Virus record (IMG/VR): IMGVR_UViG_3300047552_001072
Coordinates: 1-64,000 of that record
DNA length: 64,000 bases
DNA from: a virus
Strand: one strand, 5' to 3'
Shown here: positions 56,645-64,000 of the stretch, piece after piece
Numbering within the stretch: position 1 is the first letter of the stretch
Layout of the letters: every line of letters starts with the position of its first letter
Notes under the pieces: generated by a model
What the model was told of the DNA's origin: nothing
The model's input: only the letters and a program-made list of their open reading frames with translations
The model's database searches: none
Made by a program: the position numbers and the translations under genes

Positions 56645-57514
56645 TTATCTAGGTCTGTTTCTGAGGAATTCCTCAAATCTATCTCTATTTGTAACTGCTT
56701 CTGTATTTAAAACTTCTCTAACTCCTGGATTTAATACTTCAACAGCATCAGGTTCATTCTCAGGTAAATCATCTATGATATCAGAAAAACTAGGAGGAAT
56801 AGTAAAACTTGCTGCTACTTTTTCTTTTGAGTATCCTTTATCAATCATTTGATTAGGTGGTAACATAATCTTATGACCAAAAGTAAATGAAAGTCTATCT
56901 GATTTTACTACTGTAGGAGTTTTACTTACTTCCATAGATATTTCTTCTATTTCAGTATTTCTTATTACTCCTGATTCAAATAAAACTTCATCAATTACTT
57001 TTGAATACTCTGGATCCAAAAGAATAGCGCCAGTTTCTGTAATAGAAAATGGAATATCTGTTTCTTCTTCTGAAATAACTGCAAGTAAAAATAATCCTCT
57101 ACTTTCAATTAATCTGAGTCTTGTGATTGCAATAGCTTCAGGATCAATACTAAGTAAATCCAATACATTTGGACTTAGGTAATATCTACCTTTCTTTTTG
57201 TTCAATTCTATCTTTCCTTTTACTCTCATACAGAATTCTACTGGAAAAGTATATCTATATAAAGAATTTGCTCCTCCTGTTGGTAATAGTACAGCATCTG
57301 CAGAATTTATTTTTACATCTGCTCCTAAAAACTTATGAGACATCTTTTCTTCCATAGAAAGATTACAGATATTACTATCAAATCCTACTACAGTACATAA
57401 TAAAACTCTAGGATCTCGTATATCCTTAACTCTTAAAATTGTCCCTGCTGGTAATCCATTGTTAGTAGCTTTCTCCAATAATATTTGAATACTAGCTAAA
57501 ATTCGATCTAACAT
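56645..57514 (-). CDS. Hypothetical protein
   Basis: 289-aa ORF coupled (1-nt overlap) to the ATPase gene. Confidence 0.55.
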   Translation of the reverse strand: MLDRILASIQILLEKATNNGLPAGTILRVKDIRDPRVLLCTVVGFDSNICNLSMEEKMSHKFLGADVKINSADAVLLPTGGANSLYRYTFPVEFCMRVKGKIELNKKKGRYYLSPNVLDLLSIDPEAIAITRLRLIESRGLFLLAVISEEETDIPFSITETGAILLDPEYSKVIDEVLFESGVIRNTEIEEISMEVSKTPTVVKSDRLSFTFGHKIMLPPNQMIDKGYSKEKVAASFTIPPSFSDIIDDLPENEPDAVEVLNPGVREVLNTEAVTNRDRFEEFLRNRPR

Positions 57515-58221
57515 TAATTATTGTTTTTAAAAATTTCATCTGGTTCTTTAGAGTGTTCAAACTCATCAATTCTCTTAATTACATAACCAAGATCATTAGG
57601 AATTTTTCTCTCAAAACATCCAAAAGGAGACCTTGCTGTCGTAGTTCCATCACTTTGAGTAATGAAATAATACTCAGGTTTCCCTTCATTAAACTCAATT
57701 TCAGTGTATAAAGTATATGTTAGTTTACCTTCTACATTTAAATTGGTTAATTTTGCTCCTCCACTTTTCATGCGATGTTTTACCACATGATTATCCTTCC
57801 ACTCTTCTGTATGACCCAAGAACACTATGTACAAGTCTTCTCTTAATACTTCAGATTGAGTTAATTTGAATAACTCATAAATGTCTGCAGCATAGTCAAT
57901 CCATTTATCATAAGCTTTTTTCTTAATCTCTGCCATCTCTTTATCACTCATAATAGAAGAAATAGTATCAATTAAGATTACTTTAACATGTGGTGCCTTA
58001 TCACTAATTACTTGAATATATTTTGCAATATCCAAAGCATTAGAAGACACAATGTAATTTTTATTTTCAGCATTATACACCTCTCTCCAACCTTTAAACG
58101 GCATACTCTTTTTGTCAGAGTTGATGTAAACCGTAGATTTTGGATTTAAAGTTCCAGCTGAAAAAGTTTTACCTGAACCACAAGGACCCAGTACTAAGAT
58201 ACCTACTGCCATATAAGACAA
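57514..58221 (-). CDS. AAA_24/Sak4-like P-loop ATPase (ssDNA-annealing recombinase)
   Basis: GPCGSGKT Walker A, ILIDTIS Walker B, FLGH, TARSP.G and IPNDL motifs. Near SSB. Start is TTG 58221 or ATG 58212. Confidence 0.75.
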   Translation of the reverse strand: MSYMAVGILVLGPCGSGKTFSAGTLNPKSTVYINSDKKSMPFKGWREVYNAENKNYIVSSNALDIAKYIQVISDKAPHVKVILIDTISSIMSDKEMAEIKKKAYDKWIDYAADIYELFKLTQSEVLREDLYIVFLGHTEEWKDNHVVKHRMKSGGAKLTNLNVEGKLTYTLYTEIEFNEGKPEYYFITQSDGTTTARSPFGCFERKIPNDLGYVIKRIDEFEHSKEPDEIFKNNN

Positions 58222-58225
58222 ATTT

Positions 58226-59047
58226 TTAAACAGTTACTAAATTTAATTTATAATCTTTAATCAACATCTCCACAATCTCCATATCACGGCCATCAATAGC
58301 CATTTTTACTTTGCGGAAATCAATAGGTTCATTGCTATTAAAGTGTTCTGCAGCTCTTTGAACAGAATCCCATACCCAAGCAATTAATTTAGGTTCGAAT
58401 ACCCAGAAATTTGATAATACACGATACTCACAGCCATAAGGCTTATAACGGAAAGAACCAGATTTGCCGTACAATTTTCTACGTTCTACGTCTTTATCTA
58501 GTACTAGGGAAGGGACACCAAGATACAAGTCCAGTAATTTAATGAATTTTCTCATCAATAATTTAGGCATATCTTTACCTCCCTCGATACCAATATGAAC
58601 ATGGCCTCCACAAGTACGGAAGTTAGTGGTTTTCGCAGAATCACTAATTTCATTTAATTTACCTGTGTAAGCATCAACATCAGGATCACATCCAAAGGTA
58701 CGTGCTTGTTCAGTATCAAGATACTTAGGATCAAAGTAAGCTGAGGCAGCTTTACTCAAGGATAATTCATACTCTTTTGGAAATGCTTTTGGCAAGTACT
58801 CTATACTATTTGTAATATTATTTACAAACATTTCTTTGCTAGTACAAGGTGCAGTTGTAATTTCTACTGCAACGTTATCTTCTTGAATCGATAGTCCTTC
58901 TATTCCTGATTCTTTTAAAGGTTTTGGAACCTCTTTTGTTCCTCCAATAATTCCACAAGATGGGTAGAATATACCATCACGAGTAATAAAGAACTCAGGA
59001 TCAGACCCTAAGCTTAAAATGTTGATTTTAAAATCTTTTTTTTCCAT
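58226..59047 (-). CDS. phiEco32-like COOH-NH2 ligase type 2
   Basis: LGSDPEFF, GGTKE.P, EDNVAVE, FGCDPD, RTCGGHVHIG and RRKLYGKSG.FR.KPYG.EYRVLSNFW motifs. Confidence 0.88.
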   Translation of the reverse strand: MEKKDFKINILSLGSDPEFFITRDGIFYPSCGIIGGTKEVPKPLKESGIEGLSIQEDNVAVEITTAPCTSKEMFVNNITNSIEYLPKAFPKEYELSLSKAASAYFDPKYLDTEQARTFGCDPDVDAYTGKLNEISDSAKTTNFRTCGGHVHIGIEGGKDMPKLLMRKFIKLLDLYLGVPSLVLDKDVERRKLYGKSGSFRYKPYGCEYRVLSNFWVFEPKLIAWVWDSVQRAAEHFNSNEPIDFRKVKMAIDGRDMEIVEMLIKDYKLNLVTV

Positions 59048-60099
59048 TAGATTTCTAGAAATTTCATGCTTCTGATTACCTCATCTAGTTTTCCTTCCTT
59101 ATCTTTTTTGTTAAAGTAAAGTACTATTTGATCACCATATAGTACATTATCATTATCCAATGGTATTCCTTCAATGTGATCTTTCTTTATCTCTACCATT
59201 TTCTTCCACATAAAATCAGAAATATTAGCACTGAACATTTTGTTAAATTCCTCTCTGGTAATCTTTTTTGAGATTATAGGAACACTAACAATTTGTGTCC
59301 AAACTGCGTTAAGATTTTTACCTTGAACATAATCATTATGAAGGCTAGAATAAGATTTTATGCCACACAATTCTGTAACATTAGAATAAGATATTTCTTC
59401 TCCATCATCATCCTCTTCAAAGCTATCACAATCATTTTGTCTAAATATGTTGGGAACTACATAAAATCCATAGTATGGATCATATGCTTTACCTGCACCA
59501 AACATGTGTCCTGCCCAAAACAACTCAAGAGGCCTCAATTTTGGATACTTATTCGCCAATTCAACAGTCTTCATGTAAATTGAATTACTTAAAGGACTAT
59601 AAAAATAACGAATAAATGAAAGTGTTCCTAATCCATGTTTAGGAGAGACTAAATCTCTAGTATCCCAACTAACAACAAAACAATCTGTAATGTTTTTAGT
59701 CCATGAAGGAAGATTTTTTAAGTTCTTTTCTTTATAGAAGTTTGTGGGAGTAAATACTCCTAAAAACTCTGTTCTAATTCCAATAGTTTTTCCAAATTGT
59801 ATCCAAGCTTTTAAATCTTCTTGAATTTTACTTACTTCTTCTTTTGTTGGATTATCATTTTTCTTTCCCCAAAAGTCAGTTGGGATAAACATGAAAGCAA
59901 TGTCCTCAGCTATAATATTAGAAGAGGAATAAGTACTATCCTGACTACATCCAGCCTCTCTTCTCGTTCTGGAATGTCCAGAATACACATTGTTTCTAAA
60001 TTGAATGATATCAAAATTCCCATTGTTGGAATTTATCATCTTATCATTAATACTTTTGTATTCTTTCGATATTGGTTTAATCTTAGTTTGATTCATCAA
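59047..60099 (-). CDS. Hypothetical protein coupled to COOH-NH2 ligase
   Basis: 350-aa ORF whose stop overlaps the ligase start (TAATG). Confidence 0.6.
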   Translation of the reverse strand: MMNQTKIKPISKEYKSINDKMINSNNGNFDIIQFRNNVYSGHSRTRREAGCSQDSTYSSSNIIAEDIAFMFIPTDFWGKKNDNPTKEEVSKIQEDLKAWIQFGKTIGIRTEFLGVFTPTNFYKEKNLKNLPSWTKNITDCFVVSWDTRDLVSPKHGLGTLSFIRYFYSPLSNSIYMKTVELANKYPKLRPLELFWAGHMFGAGKAYDPYYGFYVVPNIFRQNDCDSFEEDDDGEEISYSNVTELCGIKSYSSLHNDYVQGKNLNAVWTQIVSVPIISKKITREEFNKMFSANISDFMWKKMVEIKKDHIEGIPLDNDNVLYGDQIVLYFNKKDKEGKLDEVIRSMKFLEI

Positions 60100-61084
60100 T
60101 AGACGAATTTTTAAAGTTATCCAACATCATAAGTACTTTTGGTATACCAGTTCTTTGTTTTAATAAATGAAAATATATCATTGCCTGAGTCTTATCCTTA
60201 GGATTCCATACAGGAAATCCCTTTGGATAATCTGGTAATGGCTTTCCATAATTAACCAAACCTAATAAGGCTGGTTTATGAATAACCAAAACATAATCAG
60301 AACACATAAATATATCACTTGATCCAAACAAATCATTTCGTGTAGGGAAATGTAAATCAGAATTTAAGATTCTCTCAGGAGTTTCTATATTTCTGTTTAA
60401 CTGAGACAACAATATTATAAGAATGGGAATACCCATTTTTATAAACTGCTTCTTTAAATCTACCATCGTACGATATAATATTGCAACTATATTCCTCTCG
60501 TCTTGTCCTGTCTTACCTTTTGTAAGAAGAACGTGATCAATTGTTATAATTAATCCCCTTTTTCTTTTTTGAATTTCTTGTTTGTCTACAAAAGATAAAA
60601 TTGTATTAACAATTTGTTCTATTGTACCTGTGTTCTCTACATTGTAAATAGGATATTTACGCATGGAATTAGCCGCTATTTCAGCAAATTTTAGATGTTT
60701 CTCCGAAATTTGTTCTTTTGATGAGAGTAAATCGGATACTGACATCTTAGTTTTACCAGAAATATTCCGTAAAACTTGCTCTGAACTTGGCATTTCAAAC
60801 TCAAAAGATAGTATATCAAACTCTTGTTCAGGGTTTAAATCTATTAACTCTCGTTTAAGCTGCTCACAATACGTTGATTTACCAGAACCTGACATAGCTG
60901 CAATAGTAAATATTCTATTCCATTCAATCCCGTTTAAGAGACTATTGTTAACCTTTTTAGATCCAGTTAATAAACTCTTAATCTCTCCCTCTCGCCTACC
61001 TTTTATATAGGCGAGAGCTGAGTTAATCGCAGAATTTATATGACTATATTCTAAAGTATTATTCGAAGACTGTTCTGTCATCAT
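60083..61084 (-). CDS. dnaB: Replicative DNA helicase (DnaB-like, C-terminal domain only)
   Basis: AAMSGSGKST (H1), FEFEMP (H1a), ITIDH (H2), LLSQLNR (H3), DLFGS..I...SD (H4), LKQRTG. Confidence 0.9.
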   Translation of the reverse strand: MMTEQSSNNTLEYSHINSAINSALAYIKGRREGEIKSLLTGSKKVNNSLLNGIEWNRIFTIAAMSGSGKSTYCEQLKRELIDLNPEQEFDILSFEFEMPSSEQVLRNISGKTKMSVSDLLSSKEQISEKHLKFAEIAANSMRKYPIYNVENTGTIEQIVNTILSFVDKQEIQKRKRGLIITIDHVLLTKGKTGQDERNIVAILYRTMVDLKKQFIKMGIPILIILLSQLNRNIETPERILNSDLHFPTRNDLFGSSDIFMCSDYVLVIHKPALLGLVNYGKPLPDYPKGFPVWNPKDKTQAMIYFHLLKQRTGIPKVLMMLDNFKNSSIDESN

Positions 61085-61661
61085 CTAAATTATTAGATTC
61101 ATTCTTTAATTCACTAATATATCCCTCATAAATACCTTTACTTAACCATGAAGTAATTGCTTGCATATACTTAAACTGATTTTCCAATATAGACGAATCT
61201 TGTTTGGCTTTTATATCAGCTAATAACGCTTGCTTGAGATCATAGTAAGTAATTTCTCCTCTTTCAAGAATTTCCTTAAATAATTTAAAAGACTTAATCT
61301 TGTTTACTCGTAGAGAACGAGTTCTTTCCCAATGTCTAAATTTATCAGATGCTGGGTATAAATTCCAAAATTCAGTAAACCACTTGTACCACTCCTCAAG
61401 TTTCTCTTGTGAGTTCAAAGGTTTCTTAACTGTTTTTGGTAAAAGCTTTTGATTTAGGAGTTTTAATCCTAATTCTGTAATTTTATAATCTGAGGTTATA
61501 AACCCTCTTCTAATTAAGAACTGAAAAGTAACAGTTCTATCTTCTTTTAAATCCCTATACCATTGTTCTTTATCATTATCTAAACAAAAAAGAACAAAAT
61601 ATTGTGTTAGGGAAACATTATTCTTTTTTAAAGAATCTATAATTGATTCGTTAATCTCCAT
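61059..61661 (-). CDS. Putative replication initiator / helicase loader
   Basis: N-terminal winged-helix-like segment (LIRRGFI...ITELG), FTEFWNLYP and YMQAI.SWL...YE motifs. Directly upstream of DnaB. Confidence 0.6.
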   Translation of the reverse strand: MEINESIIDSLKKNNVSLTQYFVLFCLDNDKEQWYRDLKEDRTVTFQFLIRRGFITSDYKITELGLKLLNQKLLPKTVKKPLNSQEKLEEWYKWFTEFWNLYPASDKFRHWERTRSLRVNKIKSFKLFKEILERGEITYYDLKQALLADIKAKQDSSILENQFKYMQAITSWLSKGIYEGYISELKNESNNLDDDRTVFE

Positions 61662-61873
61662 ATAATTTCATACAGTTTTAAGTACGCAAAATTATAACTA
61701 TATTCCTTCACTTCTCCTCCTTCAACTAAAGTATTAGTTTTCTTATCATACACTTGTACAAAGATTTCCTTTTCTTTGGTGCTTATTATATTACCCTCGT
61801 ACTCATCTGTTTCATATATTGTTTTAATATTACCAAACAGATCAGGTATGGTCGCAATTTTAGAAATCTTCAT
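61637..61873 (-). CDS. Hypothetical protein
   Basis: 78-aa ORF overlapping its neighbours in the operon. Confidence 0.5.
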   Translation of the reverse strand: MKISKIATIPDLFGNIKTIYETDEYEGNIISTKEKEIFVQVYDKKTNTLVEGGEVKEYSYNFAYLKLYEIIWRLTNQL

Positions 61874-62099
61874 GCATGTATGAGATTACTTTTTCCAATC
61901 CTTCACAGTATAAATTAATGTATGATTCAGATTGTTTTGCAAATAGTGCTCCTTCTTTTCTAGCTATTTCATATAATTCTAAAACCCAAGTATCATTTTC
62001 AAAAGATTTTCTATAAAAGAACAACAAATATCTTCTGGATACTAAGAAACTTTTAGACATCCAAATATCATTGATTTCTTCTACATTCATATGTATCAT
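61860..62099 (-). CDS. Hypothetical protein
   Basis: 79-aa ORF overlapping its neighbours. Confidence 0.5.
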   Translation of the reverse strand: MIHMNVEEINDIWMSKSFLVSRRYLLFFYRKSFENDTWVLELYEIARKEGALFAKQSESYINLYCEGLEKVISYMHEDF

Positions 62100-62322
62100 T
62101 TTCTTCTTGCAATGATAATACTTTTAAATAAGCGTAAAGAAACGCCTCATTTCTAGAATCGTATAAAACTTCATGCTCTTTACAATCATACGTATAATGT
62201 AGGTCAGAATAATAAATTGTATAGGTCCAACCAAATAGACCAACTTCACTAGTTTCTCCAAAGATTAAGTTTATTTCGCAGTTATAATTAATCCCATTTT
62301 CACCTTTAGTTAGTCTTATCAT
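62068..62322 (-). CDS. Hypothetical protein
   Basis: 84-aa Tyr-rich ORF with an A-rich start context. Confidence 0.5.
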   Translation of the reverse strand: MIRLTKGENGINYNCEINLIFGETSEVGLFGWTYTIYYSDLHYTYDCKEHEVLYDSRNEAFLYAYLKVLSLQEENDTYECRRNQ

Positions 62323-62328
62323 TTTTAA

Positions 62329-63501
62329 TTAGCTCTTTCTAGGTTGTAATCCCATAGCTTTTAACTGTGCCTCTACCTTTTTCATTTCTTCCTCTACTTT
62401 CCCCATGATTGTAATCCTTTTATTTAAATCCTCTTCTTGAGCTTTATTTTTGTATAAAGTTCTTATAGCTGACATAGAACTTGAAAGCACTGGACCAATT
62501 TCTTTCTCAAATTTCTGTTGGTTTGCTGATTTAATAGCTTTCGCAATTTTTTCCTTATCTAATCCTCTGTTATTAAATAATACTCCATAGAATTCATCTA
62601 CATCAGTAATATCATAGATAGCCTTTCCAGAAGAGCTTTTTGGAACATCTTTTCCTGGTTGTGCAGGATTAGAAGCTGGATTGTTAGTAGAGTTATTAGA
62701 GTTATTACTGTTAGTGTTATTACTTCCAGAAGGTACTGTACCATCCTTTTTAAGTTTATTTAAATCAGCTTCATTCTTTTTAAGAATATTTGCTTTTTCT
62801 TGATTTACCCTTGCTTCCTCTAATAATTTTTCACGAGTTTCTAACTGTGCTTTTTCCATCTTATTGTAGCTTTCAGCATCCTTAAGCATCTGTAAATCTC
62901 TTGAATTATCAGGCTTATAAGAATCCAAATCTACTTGTGCATTGGTAAATACACCTAACAAGATATCTAAGAAAAAACATGATCCTGTAACAACTACACA
63001 AAAAGCAATACTTACATCCTCCATACCCTTCATACTTAATGACTTAAGCACTTCAGGATTTTGGAATGCAATAGTACAGAAAAATAAAGTAAGTCCATGT
63101 GTAAGAATAGAAGTAGAAATACATAATATCCAAATGGCTAAATGTTTATTTCTTCCTCCTTCTAAATTAGATAAGTAATCTTTTTGAAAATTACCTAGTA
63201 ATATTGGACTTGCTTTTACTGTTGCTATTTCTTTTCTCAGTTGTCTCCACCATACAAAATTTGGTGCAAACATAATACCAGCACCTAAAGCGATACCAGT
63301 ATATAATAGAGCCTTATAATAACTCCCCTCAATTCTAGGAATAACTTGTGATACAAGAGAAGCCTCTTGAAAACAAGCTAAAATATTGAAACATAAAAGC
63401 ATCAATGGCACAAAACCTAAGAAACCTGCTTCAACAAACATTGATAGAGTATTACCGAACTTGAATATGTCCGTACTCTTGTTACTTTTTAATGTTGACA
63501 T
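62329..63501 (-). CDS. Multi-pass membrane protein with coiled-coil cytoplasmic tail
   Basis: About four hydrophobic segments in the first 190 aa, then a coiled coil, an N/S/P-rich linker and a helical C-terminal domain. Confidence 0.65.
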   Translation of the reverse strand: MSTLKSNKSTDIFKFGNTLSMFVEAGFLGFVPLMLLCFNILACFQEASLVSQVIPRIEGSYYKALLYTGIALGAGIMFAPNFVWWRQLRKEIATVKASPILLGNFQKDYLSNLEGGRNKHLAIWILCISTSILTHGLTLFFCTIAFQNPEVLKSLSMKGMEDVSIAFCVVVTGSCFFLDILLGVFTNAQVDLDSYKPDNSRDLQMLKDAESYNKMEKAQLETREKLLEEARVNQEKANILKKNEADLNKLKKDGTVPSGSNNTNSNNSNNSTNNPASNPAQPGKDVPKSSSGKAIYDITDVDEFYGVLFNNRGLDKEKIAKAIKSANQQKFEKEIGPVLSSSMSAIRTLYKNKAQEEDLNKRITIMGKVEEEMKKVEAQLKAMGLQPRKS

Positions 63502-63527
63502 AATAGTATATTTTTAATGATCCTTAT

Positions 63528-63833
63528 TTAATTAGGTTTTCCTTTCTTAAATATTTCTCTTGCTTTATCTAAGTTTCTTTCTTCTATTATCTCTATAAAT
63601 TGACTTTCTAAAATAAATTCAGAATTCCTGTATAAAAAATAAGACTCTTCTTCTAGCTTAAGAGCTATTATTTTATTAAAGAGTTCAACTTCTTTTTGAC
63701 TTAACTCTTCTAAAGAAGCTAGATAAAGTTGGTCAAATTCTTCTTCTAAGTCTTCTAAATAGAAATTATTAGCAGTTAATATACCTTCTTCTATTAATCT
63801 TAGTACTTTTTCATTTTCTATTTCAACAAACAT
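63528..63833 (-). CDS. Acidic hypothetical protein
   Basis: 101-aa Glu-rich ORF directly downstream of the polymerase. Confidence 0.5.
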   Translation of the reverse strand: MFVEIENEKVLRLIEEGILTANNFYLEDLEEEFDQLYLASLEELSQKEVELFNKIIALKLEEESYFLYRNSEFILESQFIEIIEERNLDKAREIFKKGKPN

Positions 63834-63839
63834 ATTATT

Positions 63840-63998
63840 TTAATGATCCCAAACAGTACAAGGTCCACCTGACACTTCCATAGGAATTCTTTTGCAGAAT
63901 ACTTTCCCTGCTTTAAGCATACAATCGGTTAAGACTTTGTCTATTCTTTCAACTTCCTCGTCTTTTGCCATCACAACTATCTCATCATGTAGTACTAA
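63840..63998 (-). CDS. polA: Family A DNA polymerase, C-terminal end (truncated by window edge)
   Basis: The reverse strand reads LVLHDEIVVMAKDEEVERIDKVLTDCMLKAGKVFCKRIPMEVSGGPCTVWDH*, showing motif C (HDE) and the terminal W. Not in the ORF track. Confidence 0.8.
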   Translation of the reverse strand, partial: LVLHDEIVVMAKDEEVERIDKVLTDCMLKAGKVFCKRIPMEVSGGPCTVWDH

Positions 63999-64000
63999 TA

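Noticed and set aside
60083-61084. Inteins or group I introns in the helicase, MCP or RNAP genes
   Set aside because: Motif spacing is normal and frames are uninterrupted; no intein termini or homing endonuclease motifs were noticed.
46350-63178. Plus-strand ORFs within the replication module (46350..46664, 59293..59583, 60663..61010, 62942..63178 etc.)
   Set aside because: They are antisense shadows of minus-strand genes, with no motifs or start context.
1-64000. Stop-codon reassignment (TAG or TGA), known in some crAss-like phages
   Set aside because: The standard code gives near-complete coding density, including a 6647-aa ORF. TAG ends genes at sensible places (11586, 43608), and no suppressor tRNA was seen.

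Overview
This AT-rich window is part of a crAss-like (Crassvirales-type) bacteriophage genome read in the standard genetic code. The host is probably a Bacteroidota member: start contexts are A-rich without Shine-Dalgarno sequences, a TAnnTTTG promoter element is present, and there is a lipobox protein. The + strand (1-43266) carries the virion module: portal C-terminus, scaffold-like protein, major capsid protein, ring/auxiliary capsid/hub-like proteins, fibres, holin-like protein, IHF-like protein, tail tubular and stabilization (muzzle) proteins, and two cargo proteins. It ends in one 6647-aa ORF combining an SF1 helicase, two HExxH zincin motifs, a DFDVD virion RNA polymerase and a PD-(D/E)xK nuclease. 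The - strand (43324-64000) converges on it at a bidirectional terminator and carries the replication module: PolA C-terminus, initiator-like protein, DnaB, Sak4-like ATPase, SSB, primase, nucleases and resolvase. Interleaved with these is a five-enzyme amide/peptide-ligation set (two COOH-NH2 ligases, ATP-grasp ligase, class II glutamine amidotransferase, gamma-glutamylcyclotransferase) next to a catalytically degenerate uracil-DNA glycosylase. I saw no tRNA, rRNA, CRISPR array, integrase or reverse transcriptase. All calls rest on motifs read by eye and on synteny; no searches were run.
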